Part shown: one piece after another, positions 35,737-48,670 of the stretch | Numbering within the stretch: position 1 is the first letter of the stretch | Layout of the letters: each line of letters opens with the position of its first letter | From: Eledone cirrhosa | Lineage: Eukaryota | DNA length: 64,000 nt | Direction of reading: 5' to 3' | Assembly: GCA_964016885.1 (NCBI GenBank) | Contig: OZ024744.1 | Location: forward strand, 82,026,001 to 82,090,000 | Notes under the pieces: model-generated | Databases searched by the model: none | What the model was told of the DNA's origin: nothing | Seen by the model: the letters and a program-made list of their open reading frames with translations, nothing else | Made by a program: the position numbers and the translations under genes

Positions 35737-36659
35737 TCTCTTTCCCCCCTCTCTGTTCTCTTCGTCTCTTCCTAAGTCATCCAGCTTTCACAAGTCATTA
35801 AACACCCCCCCCCCCCCATTGTTTCTTTAGTTTGAATGTTTAAGATATTTAATGTATTTTTGCATAAATGTTTCCATTTTCCATACCAAAAATATTTACA
35901 CTCCGAATACAAAATAACCCCCCCCCCCCCACACACACACCGAAAAAAAAAGATAACAAAAAACAACAAAAACAAAACAAAATAATAAAAAAAAAATTGA
36001 TGAAACACAATTGGAAAAAAAAAAAAGACCCACTCCCATAACAGAAAACATAATACAGGGAAAAAATAGTACACGTAACGAAACGAAAAGTACAATAACA
36101 CATGAATTCACATTTTGAACGACCCCTGTGTCAGCAGACACACAGATCAAAGAATTGCAGATTTCGTTGTATCGTTGGCATTTCATCTGTTTATTATTTT
36201 AGCATAAAAGATCTCCAAACTCAATAAATATAAAAAAGTGGTGCACAGATTTATAGAGTTAATGTGGGACACATCAAATAGTTATTTTTCTTTCAGCCTT
36301 TTTTGTTATTTTGTTGTTGTTTTCATATTAAACAACAACAACAACAACAACAGCAACCACAACAGCAACACCAGCACCCCCCCCCCCCAAAAAAAAAAAA
36401 TATAATATATATATAAAAAATGAATAAAAATAAAAATGACATCGACAATAGTAGCTGTGCCTATGACGACAATGAAAATGACGGCGATGATGACAATAAC
36501 AACAATAGCAATAACAGCAGCAACAACAAGAATAACAACATTATCATCATAGAAAGGAACAACACCGGAACAGAAAACATTGACAGCAACAGCAAGAAGA
36601 ACAACAAAACACCAATAATACTCCATACCCCAACAACTGCAGCAACAACTAAAGTTGCA

Positions 36660-37130
36660 CCAGTTGCAGCAGCACCAGCAACAACATCAGCACCAACACC
36701 AGCAACAGCATCAACACCAACACCAGCAACAACATCAGCACCAACACCAGCAACAACATCAACACCAACACCAGCACCAACGTCAGCACCAACATCAGCA
36801 CCAACACCAGCACCAACATCAGCACCAACACCAGCAACAACATCAGCACCAACACCAGCAACAACATCAACACCAACACCAGCAACAACATCAACACCAA
36901 CACCAGCACCAACACCAGCAACAACATCAGCACCAACACCAGCAACAACATCAGCACCAACACCAGCAACAACATCAACACCAACACCAGCAACAACATC
37001 AACACCAACACCAGCACCAACACCAGCAACAACATCAGCACCAACATCAACACCAACACCAGCAACAACATCAACACCAACACCAGCACCAACACCAGCA
37101 ACAACATCAGCACCAACACCAGCAACAAAA
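36660..37130. repeat. 24-bp-based minisatellite (CCAACACCAGCAACAACATCAGCA variants)
   Basis: Direct reading. Confidence 0.9.
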
Positions 37131-37580
37131 GCAGTGAATCGAAAGCATTAACACACAAAATAAAAAAATAAAAAAAATTTGAGCAAAACAAAACAATTGT
37201 AATAACAACAACAGCAGCAACAACAATAACAATAACTACAAGAACAAGAACAAGAACAACAACAACAACGACAACAACATCATCATCAACAACAATAACA
37301 CAATAACGTTATAACAAAAAATAATTGTAGTAATAACAAACACAGAGACAGCAACAATAGCAACAATAGCAACAACAACAACAACAACAACAACAACAGC
37401 ACAACAACAACAGCACAACAACAACAACAACGACAACAGTAGCTGCAAGTAGATGGATTGAATCGAATGTTGAATATTTTACAAGTCCAAAATGTGAAAA
37501 CTTAACAGAGAGACGCACCTCCGAGAGAGTGTACCCGTGTGTATGTACACACACGGGTACATTGTACACCTATGTGTGAC

Positions 37581-37617
<37 letters not shown>

Positions 37618-37737
37618 AAAGAAAGGAGCCGGTCGTCAGATCAATCCTGAAAAACATTGTGCTTTCCATCACTGATACTATCTGTCGGTAACAACTCTTG
37701 GCAAAAGGACGCCGCCGGATTTGAACACAGAAAACAA

Positions 37738-38289
37738 CACCACCACCAGTACCACCAGCAGTACCACCACCAGCACCACCGCCACCACCACCAGTACCAC
37801 CAGCACCGCCACTAGTACCACCACCAGTGCCACCACCATTACCACCAGCACCACCACCAGTACCACCACCATTACCACCAGCACCACCACCAGTACCACC
37901 ACCATTACCACCAGTACCACCACCAGCACCACCAACACCACCACCAGCACCAGTACCACCACCATTACCACCACCATTACCACCACCAGTACCACCAGCA
38001 CCGCCACCAGTACCACCACCATTACCACCACCATTACCACCACCAGTACCACCAGCACCACCACCAGTACCACCACCATTACCACCAGTACCACCGCCAG
38101 CACCACCAGCACCACCAACACCACCACCACCACCAGCACCAGTACCAGCACCACCCACCACCACCACTACCACCAGCACCAGCACCACCAGTACCAGCAG
38201 CAGCAGCAGCAGCACCACCACCACCACCACCACCAGCACCAGCACCACCACCAGCACCAGCACCAGCACCACCAGCACCACCACCACCC
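37738..38289. repeat. Cryptic (CCA)n-derived repeat
   Basis: Direct reading. Confidence 0.9.
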
Positions 38290-38789
38290 AGATCTGCCGC
38301 ATGCCAAAATCTTCGGTGATAATCTTCCAAACGCTGTCGCGGTTCATGCCCAACTCACTTGTGATCAGTTGAACAGTCAGCTGACGTCGCCACGCACAAC
38401 CTGTCTCATACGCCCAACGTTGGCCTTAGTCCTTCTCGTTGAAAGCCTTCTGAACCGGGAATCGTCTTTGAACCTTTTGTGCCACTCGAAAATCCATGAG
38501 TGTGACATTGTCTCATATCCATACACTTTATGTAGTATTCCGTGTGCTTCTGAAGGAGTTTTCCCCCCGACGGACTTGAAAGTTCAGGCTGGTTCGTTGT
38601 TCTGTACCCATCGCTCGACGACCTAAAATTGAGGAACTGTTAATAAAAGCACGTGAAAAATCATGCAATGACTTCAGAGAGTTGAGATCGTAGTTATATA
38701 CTCAGCAGATGACGCAACCCACTAATCCTTACCTCACACATAGCTCACACAGCATACTAAGTCCTGTTATTTTTCTGACACACCTCGTA
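38290..38789 (-). mobile_element. Mariner-like DNA transposon 5' remnant
   Basis: Minus strand gives EQRTSLNF..GKTPSEAHGILHKVYG..MSHSWIFEWHKRFK and LGMNRDSVWKIITEDFGMR (Mos1-type HTH regions); TIR-like TA-CGAGGTGTGTCAGAAAA at about 38789. Confidence 0.8.
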
Positions 38790-39192
38790 TATGTATATTT
38801 ATTTATGTTTTTTGTAAATGCACAGTACAGAAATATACTCTGATATAAAACCTGTGATGTTTGTTGTCCCTGCCTATCATGCTTTGTTTTTGTTTATCTT
38901 TAGTTCAATAATTTCAAACCTTTAGAGAGTAGCTCTAGTTTTGCACAAGAGTTTGACACTAAATATTTTTGCATTGGTATTTTTGTCGTTTTGTCCGGTG
39001 AAAGTCAAGTCCAAAAATCTTTAGAACCACAAACAATCGATGGAAATTTCGTTGCAGTGATCAGAAAACCCCGCGTATATGTGACAATGAAATAGTGCCA
39101 CTTCCATAATTTCCTCATTCATAAAGGTACAGAAAATATGTAATACAAATGGTCATACTCGAAACTGAGTTTGTATGTATGTATGTATGTAT

Positions 39193-39497
39193 TCTTTTTG
39201 GTAAATATCATCTTGGTTAAGAGAGTGGGACTGGCTTTGTGCAATGCCTTTGCTCACTATAAAAGCTTCACGGCACAGGCATTGCTTTATATCTGGAGAT
39301 CTCTCTGCACTTGTCATCACATGGTACCATGGGCCCAGCACTGTGTGTCAATAATTGTCACAGGTGTAGTGTTTGTAACAGAGTTTTCAAGTCGCTGGCT
39401 GAACTAAAAAGTCACACTCGTTCAGCGCATCGGTAGGGGTTCTCCTACATGGATATAAAGTAGTGGCCGTACTCGAAAACGAGTTGGCAGCCACCAT
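39193..39497 (+). mobile_element. Family B1, 5'-truncated copy
   Basis: Matches about 1696-1999; (TATG)n on both sides. Confidence 0.85.
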
Positions 39498-39510
39498 GTA
39501 TGTATGTATG

Positions 39511-39544
<34 letters not shown>

Positions 39545-39574
39545 TGTATGTATGTATGTATGTATGTATGTATG

Positions 39575-40425
39575 TCATGGAAAGACTTAACTAAAGCAAG
39601 GAACTTATCAGGGCAACCAAGTTTCTGGAGAACCTTCCATAATGCGTTTCTGTTAACAGTATCGAAAGCTTTTGTCAGATCGACAAAAACCTGATACAGA
39701 TCCAAACCTTGTTCCATGCACTTCTCCTGGAGCTGTCTAGCCGAGAAGATCATATCAGTAGTGCCACGTCCAGCACGAAAACCAGATTGACTTTCAGGAA
39801 GAACACAATCTGCAATGTGTGTCAGCAGACGGTCCAGAAGCACCCTACATAAAACTTTCCCTACGACAGAAAGCAATGATATACCTTTGTAGTTCCCACA
39901 ATCATTCCTGTAACCCTCTCCCTTGTACAAGACCACCATTACTGCATCTCTCCAGTCCTCAGAGGAAAAAGTTGCCTTGGAGGCATCTCAAATCGCATAC
40001 GAGAAAGTAAAGCGGGATGTGAGGAAGGGCATTGCTGTTGCACTCCCAGACGGCGAGGGTCCTCTTATGGCGATGACATGCAGCGTCTGTGCGAGACTCT
40101 GCCTCAGCAAAGCTGGACTCGAAAGTCATCTTCGCAGTCATAAAGTAAGACCAGTGGTTGACTACCAGGCTGCTGTTGGAGATGCTACTCATCATGCTTG
40201 CCAAGCATGTGGTAGATAATGTAAATCAGCAGGAGGGTTCAAGCGACATGCAAAAGTACATGAACTCCAACCACAGCCGACTATTCCCAGTGAATGTTTT
40301 GGTGGCCAAATCTGTGCAAGACATTTTAGATCATTGGCTGGGCTAAAAAGCCACATTCGATCGCAGTGCTGTTAATTGCTATCGTGTCTCTGTGTGTGTG
40401 TGTATAGATATGTTTATGTGTGTGC

Positions 40426-40469
<44 letters not shown>

Positions 40470-40590
40470 TATTATTGTTGTTGTTGTCGTTATTATTATT
40501 GTTGTTATTATTATTATTATTGTTATTATTATGTTTTTTTTTTCGTGCAATGGCCATACTCGATAACGAGGGGGCAGCCATCATATCATC
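39575..40590. mobile_element. Rearranged copy of the RTE LINE (inverted RT segment plus forward 3' end)
   Basis: 39575-39961 is the reverse complement of about 11686-12072; 39962-40590 matches about 13091-13750. Confidence 0.92.
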
Positions 40591-40639
40591 ATGTATGTAT
40601 GTATGTATGTATGTATGTATGTATGTATGTATGTATATG

Positions 40640-40835
40640 TCGGCTCACTGTTGAGTGCTACTGGTATCATGTAACCCAGTACAACCTGTCGCATGGTCCG
40701 AGTCGTCGGCGACTAAACCGGCAACCCCACCAAGTTTACTTGGTGAGGAGGGTGATTTCGGACACCCTGCAGGACAAAAAACAAAACCCGACAAAGGGCG
40801 GAAGAACTCATAAGAGTCAAAGGCCATCCAAAAGT
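40640..40835 (+). mobile_element. RTE-type 5' leader fragment related to the B1 leader
   Basis: Similar to 31475-31670. Confidence 0.75.
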
Positions 40836-40860
40836 GTGTAAATATGTATATACACATGTA

Positions 40861-41175
40861 CCGCGCGGTTAAACCACTGGGAGTGAAGGACCCCTAACCT
40901 TTGTCAGGGCTTCTTCTAGGAGAAGGCAACTCAGGAAACTGGGATAACTCCGATATAAAACCTGCGGCTAAGTAGTTACCGATGATGTTGATCTTTTCTT
41001 CTTTTCGGGTTATAGCTACTGTCGTTCAGAGAGTGGGATTGGCTCAGTGCACAGTCTTTTCTCACTTTAAAAAATATCTTCACGCACAGTCATTGCACGA
41101 TAGAATTAATTCATAATTATTAATAATGGTATAACGTGCAATGGCCATACTCGATAACGAGGGGGCAGCCTTCAT
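40861..41175 (+). mobile_element. Bipartite RTE derivative B2 (5'UTR joined to the 3' tail)
   Basis: Matches about 9614-9875 joined to about 13709-13748; TATG-type tail. Confidence 0.88.
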
Positions 41176-41246
41176 ATATGTATATATGTATGTATATATG
41201 TATGTGTGTATGTATGTATGTAAGCATGTATGTAGTAATATAACTA

Positions 41247-41395
41247 GGTGGTGAATTGCAGTACACTTTGCAGAACACTTTGCAGTGTTTGTCTCGGCTT
41301 TCTGCTCTCTGAGTTCAAATCCTGTCGAGGTCACCTTTGCGTTTCAGCCATTCAATGTCGATGAAAAAGTATCAGTCTAGTACTGGGGTCGATTC
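41247..41395 (+). mobile_element. Degenerate SINE family A
   Basis: GGTGAATTG..GAGTTCAAATCC..GAGGTCACCTTTGC. Confidence 0.7.
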
Positions 41396-41771
41396 TTACT
41401 CTATATTTCTTTCTCACTTCCTCTATCTCTTACTCTCTTTATCCTTCTCTGGAAAAAATCTGTTGTATTCAGATCTGGTTTTTAAAACATGCCCTAGAAA
41501 CGCTATATATTAATACGGCACTCTCCGACTCCCTCAGGAATTACGGGACGAAGACAATAAGATAGATAACTAACCTTCTCGTTATTAACTTGGTGTTCTG
41601 AGTATAACATAACAAAGGTTTTTACATAAAATTGTGATAAATATAACCCCCTCTCCCTTTCTTAACTTATATTTTGTTCCTTTTAAGCACTTTAAAACAA
41701 ATATTTTTCTCGTAAAACCAAGGGCGGCTTCAAGCAGTCTAGTATGATAACGGTTAAAATCTTGATGTTCA

Positions 41772-41955
41772 AATGTCGGCTGAAAAGTTTATAGGCTGAC
41801 CAAGATACTTCTATTGAATTACCAAATGAGGTTTCCCTGGAAAGAAACAATGCAGTTATTAATAAGAAGAGCTGAAATTAATGCATGCAAGATTTCACAG
41901 CTCTAGCACCATTCCTTCATAGTAAGCGTATGAACGTTTTAACCCACCCTTGCAC
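41772..41955. mobile_element. Mariner-derived MITE remnant
   Basis: Degenerate inverted ends GGCTGAAAAGTTTATAGGCT and AGCGTATGAACGTTTTAACC. Confidence 0.55.
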
Positions 41956-43227
41956 ATATCTAATTGATATGTGTAGAAATTAAATCTTTTTGTCGTTGAA
42001 AGAGATTATTAAGGTGTTTGTTCTTTCACGGAAGAAGTTCTCTATGTCATAAATTCAGTGATTGTCAGGCATGGGGTATTTTAATTTCTTGTTGATGATG
42101 TACGTGTGAGGAACATTGATGATGATGCTGTTGATAATGATGACGATTATGATGATGACATTAATGATCATGTCGATGGAGATAAGGGTAAAAGCGATGG
42201 CGCTGGTAGTGAATGTGCTGCTCGTAGTAATAAGTATTATAGAAATGACAGTGGGTGAGGTAATATTGTCGCGTCTGTTGTTGTTTAGCCCTAAGTTGAC
42301 TCTGATCCAACAGACCTATGATCATATGCATTTCAACATTGAAGATCGTCTATTATTTTCCAGGCTGTGTGTATCCTGATGAAATTATCCAAAGGATGTG
42401 ATTTGAAGGAGATTTTATTGTTATTTCTAGCAGATCTAGAGAACCACGTAGACATAGAAGCCTACTTATTGACTTCGAAATACATTTTCCATTGCTCTAC
42501 CTCTATTTGTCATGAGGCACCAGGCTGGGTTAAAAGTGAACCGACAAATTGTTATTTCAAGCAGGGTTCAAATATACTTATGCACTATACTACAGAAAAA
42601 AAGTACTGTGATGGTGTTGTAGGTAATGGTGTTAGTGAGAAAAATAACGACCGTGATGTTGACGTTCTTGGCACTCCTGCTGCTGCTGCCGCTGCTGTTG
42701 CTGCTGTTGCTGCAGATACTGCTGCTGATGATGATGAAGATAGTGATAGTAAGGATAATAAAGATAATGGTGATGATAACAGCAATGGTAAGGATAACGA
42801 TGATGATAAAAATAGTGATGACAATAAGTAGGCGAGGTTAATTTTTTTTCTATTTCTAAAATCTAATTATAAGAAAGTCGATAGGTTATTTTCCACTTAC
42901 ACTTTGCCCTTTCTTCATCTTCTGACCCTTTTCTCTTGATCTCTTCCTCTTTTCCTCTTTCTCTTCATTTAGTTCTGTTCTTGCCTACACGCATGCCCTA
43001 CCTAACATGGTGTCTCCATCACATACCGATTAACAGGATGATGAATACAAACACTCTCAAATTCGAAATCTGTCCATTTTTGATTGCCAGTCAACTGATA
43101 TCTTACTTCAGTGTTTGTTATATTAAAACAACGGAAGAATAAATAATGACATGTGGGTATTGCTAAGAGAAAGTGATGAAACTTGTAAATAGAAATCAAG
43201 CGCTCGTTTGTTAAAATAAAACAATTG

Positions 43228-43440
43228 TTTCTACTTTAGGCAGAAGGGCAACAACGTTGGCGAGGGGAAAATCTAATTGTATCGATCCCAGTAAGTGACT
43301 GGTATTTTATTTTATCGACTTCGGAAGGATGAAAAGCAAAGTTAACTTGGGCGGGATTTTGAACTAAGAACATAAAGTTTCGGAAAAATACTGCAAAGCA
43401 CTCTGTCCGACGCTCTACTGATACAGAAAATCCACCGCTC
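43228..43440 (-). mobile_element. SINE family A
   Basis: Minus strand reads GTTCAAAATCCCGCCCAAGTTAACTTTGCTTTTCATCC..GTCGATAAAATAAAATACCAGT. Confidence 0.75.
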
Positions 43441-43484
43441 TTATTCAAGTCCTGTAGAAGCCATTTCTATATTTTATATGTATA

Positions 43485-43619
<135 letters not shown>

Positions 43620-43637
43620 ATATATTATATATATATA

Positions 43638-43681
<44 letters not shown>

Positions 43682-43689
43682 AGGAAGTT

Positions 43690-45230
43690 ATAGTTCACTT
43701 GAAGCATTGTGTAATGAGGTATAAACGTTTGTATATGTATAATAAACCCAAGACAATGCAGGTATGGACATAGAATAAAGAATGCAAATGCAAAAGATAT
43801 TGTTGACAAATAGTCTTTTACCTTAGATTTATTTAAATGTCCTTAATTTTCGAGATAATATCTCTTCTTCGGAGGGAAGTAAAGCGGTTAAACCAGTGTT
43901 CTAAATAGCTTGCCAAGTCATGCTGACAGGAAATGGTATAGAGTATCTGTTCTATCTCTAATGTCAAAGAGTTATGGTTAGGTGGATAAAGAGTAGTCTC
44001 CCTTTAAAAGTTTTTTTTGTACATGCCTGTTTAAGTGTGTGGGAGAATGCGTGAAGGTGTAAGTATGTGTGTGTGTGTGTGAGAAGATATGTCTATACGT
44101 AAATGTGGGGGATAGATGGTATCTCGTGTTAGAACTGGTCTTTGTGTGTGTATGTGTGTGTGTACGTGTTTGTGTGAGAGAGGATAAGTGGAGGTGTAAG
44201 CGTATGTGTGTGTGTGTGCGTGCGTGTGTGTGCGTGTATGTGGGAGGGGGGTGTAAATATGGGGCTAGATGCTCTATCAAGTTATAAATTGAGTTCTAGT
44301 CTATTATTGATTGGTGGTTGTGTTTTGTCTATAATTAGTGCTTCCTTAATTCTAAGATTGCCGAGGTTTCTTTCCTTAGTTTCTATCCTGTTATGGTTTT
44401 GTCGGTGTTTTTGCATTTAACTAGGTGTTTCTTAAATGAGGAAGCGTTAGTATTGAGGTGTTCTTTTATTCTTATGTAGAATGGTCTGGTGGTGCTACCT
44501 ACGTAGAAGTTGCTGCATTTGTTGCACTCTAGTCTGTATACGACGTAAGCCTGGTGGCATAGGTCTGTGTCGTTGATGGGGCAGTTGGCTAGCCTGCAGC
44601 GGTTGTCATGTCTGGTGGAGTGTCTTTTGGTTAGCTGTCCGCGTAGAGAAAGAACTGAGTGGGCCAGTTGGATATCTAGTCCCTCTTGTCTGATAGCTCT
44701 GCGGATGGCTGTTGTTGTTTCGTCACTGAAGTGTGGGAGCTTCAGGAAGCAGGTGTTAGTGCCTCGGGTGTGGTGTCCTCTGTTGTTTCTGGCCCGGTTT
44801 GTGGTGGATGTCGTGTATCCGTTCAGTTTGAGTACTTCCAGGAAATGTGTGGTGTGTGTGTCTCGGTCTCTAGCGTCGGTGCGTTTGTTCCGGATACGTG
44901 TTAGTTCGTTCCTTATGTATCGGAACTTAGCGCCGGCTGGGAGGGCCAATCTGAAATGTACGAACAGGTTGGCGGCTTTTTTATAGAAGCAGGTGTGGAT
45001 GTTGCCTACCTCTGTTACCCTGAGTTGGAAGTCCAGTAGGGATAGGGATCCGCGGTCATCGGGGTGTTCCATGCTGAACTTTATACTGGCGTCCATGCTG
45101 GAGAATGTTGTGTATATTTTATCCGCCTCCTCACGGGATGATGTAAGGATGAGTATGTCATCTACATATCGGGTGAAGAAGATATGGGAATGGCAGATGT
45201 TTTGTTAACTTCGGTTTTGATCAGAACTCG
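43690..45230 (-). mobile_element. 5'-truncated Penelope-like element (RT C-terminus, GIY-YIG endonuclease, pLTR)
   Basis: FFTRYVDDI at about 45150-45180; IKFSME, LLDF; VVYRLECNKC..YVGSTTR...RIKEH; hammerhead-like motif at about 43838-43878. Confidence 0.9.
44383..45096 (-). pseudogene. Penelope RT thumb plus GIY-YIG endonuclease ORF fragment
   Basis: 237-aa ORF with VVY..C..C..YVG.T.R...R..EH; the terminus appears frameshifted. Confidence 0.88.
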
Positions 45231-45940
45231 AGGTGATCCACGTTCATTTGGAAGCTCATCTTTAGATGTTGATACACTATGTAATTTTAAACAACAAGCT
45301 ATCATTTCGGTGTTGTAGTGTACTGCGACCCCACTCCGAACTCCTTTTTATTCGCTCCAGTATTAATCTTTACCTTCTATGTGTTATTCACTCCATGTTC
45401 TTCTTGCCCTCCAAAATGTCCTCCAATCCTGTGTGCCTCTTGCTCACTCCATCCCGTATATGTCATTCAGAAGATCCACCACTTTCTCGTTGCTGGTTCT
45501 AGTTCAGTCAACTGTATAGCCTTGACACTCCAGTGTGGTGAAGCACCTCTTTGTGAGGGACTTCTATCATCCTACTTGTCTTTACTCTACTCTATGATAA
45601 TAAATTTTATTTTATTCGTTAACTATTTTTTGACATTGTCACCAACGTTTTTATATTGACTTTGAGGTGAGATCTGTCCGTTCCAAAAAAATGCATGAGA
45701 TTGCTCCTGGAACTACTTATTGCTGTGCGTATCTGGTATGGAATAGGTAGACCATATTCCTATGGGTTGTAAGAGGTTTGGTGCCAGGAAGGACATTTGA
45801 CCGTAAAATATTGCCTCAAAAAATACTCCATGATAAATATAAAGCTTATCATGGGAGCCGCGAGGAAGATGACTCTAAAACGGTTACTGATGTTATTGTT
45901 GTTGATGTCGTCGTTGTCGTCGTCGTCGTCGTCGTCGTCG

Positions 45941-45975
<35 letters not shown>

Positions 45976-46599
45976 ATTGTATTTGTTTTCTACGACAGTT
46001 CCTACTTTTCTTCAGGATCTATCTCTTGCCCATCACCACATGACGTTTGGTGGGTGGGTGGGTGGGGGCGGTGCTAAGAACTGCTTTTTCATCAGAGCCA
46101 CGAGCAATCCTTGTGCTGCTGCTGGAGGAGGAGGAGGAGGAGGAGGGGGAGGAGGGGGAGGAGACCCCTCCCCCCCATTAGTTTCTCGGTTTCAACTTCA
46201 ACATCCCTACCTCGTCGGCCCCTTGAGCTAATAGCACTGAGGATGATGCTATTCCGTTTTCTTTATAGTTCCGCTCTGTCTATAATAGGAGCTGTGCCTG
46301 GTGGTGTTATGTAAGCAGCAGTAGCACCAAGAAGCAAGAACGACGGTAGCAACAGTAGAAGCAATCGTGCTTTTTACCTCAGGGGTTTGCTGCCGTTGTC
46401 GCATCTGGTGCTGTTTAACGTCCTTTTTCTTAATGTTGACTATTTTTTTAAACAACTTATTGTATTTTTAGAATGATAAGAACAAATTATTTCTAAAATG
46501 AAATAAATTTTGGAATTTTTTCAGGCTATGTGTTTTGTTTATGTTTTTATATAAAGAAAATAAATAGAAATAGAAATACATCGAAACTTAATCTTGACA

Positions 46600-47091
46600 G
46601 ATGTTTTTGGATGTGTGTTTGTATGTGTGTGTTTGTGTCTGTGTTTATGTGTGTTTGTGTGTTTATGAGTGTGTGTAAGTGTGTGTGTGTGTGTGTGTGT
46701 ATGTGTTTGTGTTTTGTGTATGTGTTTGTATATGTTTCTACGTGTGTGTGTGTGTGTGTGTGTTACTATATGGTGATGTGTTTGTGTGAGTGTGTGTTTG
46801 TGTGTTTGTGAGTGTGTGTATGTTTGTGTGTGTGTGTGTGTGAAAGTGTGTGTGTATGTGTGAGTATGTGTGTGAGTGTTTGTGCGTCTGTGAGTGTGTG
46901 TGCGTGTGTGTGTGAGAGTTTGTTTGTGTGTGTGTGTGTGTGCGTGTGTGTGTGTGAGTATGTGTGCATGTGTGTGTGTTTGTGGGTGGGTGAGTGAATG
47001 CGTATGTGTGAGTGTGTGTGTTTTTCTGTATATATATATATATATTTATATATATATAGTAATAATGTGTGTGTGTTTGTCTGTCTGTATA

Positions 47092-47123
<32 letters not shown>

Positions 47124-47143
47124 GTAATAATGTTTGTGTGTTT

Positions 47144-47219
<76 letters not shown>

Positions 47220-47310
47220 GTTTAGTAATAATGTGTGTGTGTTTGTCTGTCTGTATATATATATATATATATATATATAGTAATAATGTGTGTGTGTGTG
47301 TTTGCGTGTG
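46600..47310. repeat. (TG)n-rich tract followed by TA-containing tandem units
   Basis: AGTAATAATGT recurs at about 47058, 47123, 47224 and 47279. Confidence 0.85.
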
Positions 47311-47504
47311 TTTGTATGTATTAAATATAGCAACACAGCATAAACATTTGAATATTCTAACTTCTATACAGGTAACAGCAATAAATAATTTTTTCTACTT
47401 TTGGCACAAGGCCAGCAATCACCCAGGGTATTACTGGTTCTTTATTTTATCTCACATAGGCAGACGACAACTAACTTTATGGGGTAGAATATAGTGAGTT
47501 ACAT

Positions 47505-47640
47505 AAATCTACCCAATAATCTGACTGGTACTTATTTTATAGACCCATAAAAGATGACAGATAAAGTTGAGTATGGTTAGATTTGAACAGACGTAATTCA
47601 GTGCCGCAGTTAACTGTTCGACATTCTACGAGTTCAGTGC
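47505..47640 (-). mobile_element. Degenerate SINE family A
   Basis: GACTGGTACTTATTTTATAGACCC..AAGATGA..AAGTTGA..ATTTGAAC on the plus strand. Confidence 0.55.
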
Positions 47641-48019
47641 CATCCCCTCCCCAACCATCACCTTGTAATAATTATTTCTAAAATATGTACATGACAAGAC
47701 TAATTCAATAGATACGAGTACTTCATTGGTACTTTAGCAATCAACACAATTATTGTGTCCAGCGATCACTTTCCTAATGACACCAACGATTTTGTGATGT
47801 GAATATTTATATCTTAGGGTTAGCGCGAATAATTTCCGTAAGCCACATTCATTGTGTAGATTATATATAATTTAATACTTTTATTTTATACAACAATTTA
47901 TAAATTTAGGGAGATTAAAATATTATGAGAGTATGGAATATAGTTGCTCGGAAGTAAATGATTATAAATAATAGTTGAGTAAATCGGGTAAAGTACAGCC
48001 GGGGACGAGAAAAAGGTGA

Positions 48020-48195
48020 ACAGAAGAGCTTGTTCACAGGTATCTCGGTCCACTTATTTATGTTCCCAGGGAAGACCCAGGGGTAGACCACAAGCAAGAT
48101 GGTTGGATAACATCCGTGAGCTTCGCTGGTCACAATTGAGAATCCAGCCAGATCAGTTGGAGACGACGGCTGCTTCTAACAGGACCCTTTCAGGA
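48020..48195 (+). mobile_element. Degenerate RTE-like 3' fragment
   Basis: Translation GRPRGRPQARWLDNI resembles the RTE C-terminal R..GRP...W motif. Confidence 0.55.
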
Positions 48196-48199
48196 TAAG

Positions 48200-48670
48200 T
48201 GGGCGAAGAAGAAGAAGAAGAAGAAGAGGAATTAGAAGAAAAAGAAGGGGGAAGAAGAGGAGCAAGGGGAGAAGGAGTAGTAGGAGTAGGAGTAGGAGTA
48301 GGAGTAGGAGGGGAAGAGGATGAGACGAGGAGAAGAAGAAAAAGGAGAAGAAGAAAAAGACGAAGAAAAAGACGAAGAAAAAGAAGAAATAGAAGCATCA
48401 GCAGTAGTAGTAGTAGTAGTAGTAGAAGAAGAAGTAGTAGTAGTAGAAGAAGAATTAGAAGAAGGAGGAGGAGGAAGAGGAGGAAGGGGAGAAGGAGTAG
48501 TAGGAGCAGGAGTAGGAGGGGGAGGAAGAGGAGGAGAAGAAGAAGAAGAAGAAGAAGAAGAAGAAGAAGAAGAAAAAGACGAAGAAAAAGAAGAAATAGA
48601 AGAAGCAGCAGCAGTAGTAGTAGTAGTAGCAGTAGTAGTAGTAGAAGAAGAAGAAGAAGAAGAAGACGAG
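48200..48670. repeat. Purine-rich (GAA)/(GTA)/(GGA) compound repeat with internal duplication
   Basis: Direct reading. Confidence 0.9.

Noticed and set aside
36420-37151. Mucin-like PAT-rich 243-aa ORF
   Set aside because: Minisatellite open in several frames on both strands; no signal peptide or splice evidence. An exon cannot be fully excluded without RNA data.
37502-38626. Gly-rich, Pro-rich and Thr/His-rich ORFs
   Set aside because: Alternative frames of the (CCA)n repeat fused to a mariner remnant.
45240-45640. Possible old LINE 3' fragment on the minus strand
   Set aside because: Too degenerate to support by eye.
46060-46375. Signal-peptide/neuropeptide-like minus frame (LLLLLLPSFLLLGATAA...RKR..GRR)
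   Set aside because: No ATG, and in-frame TAA codons lie both before the hydrophobic run and before RKR.
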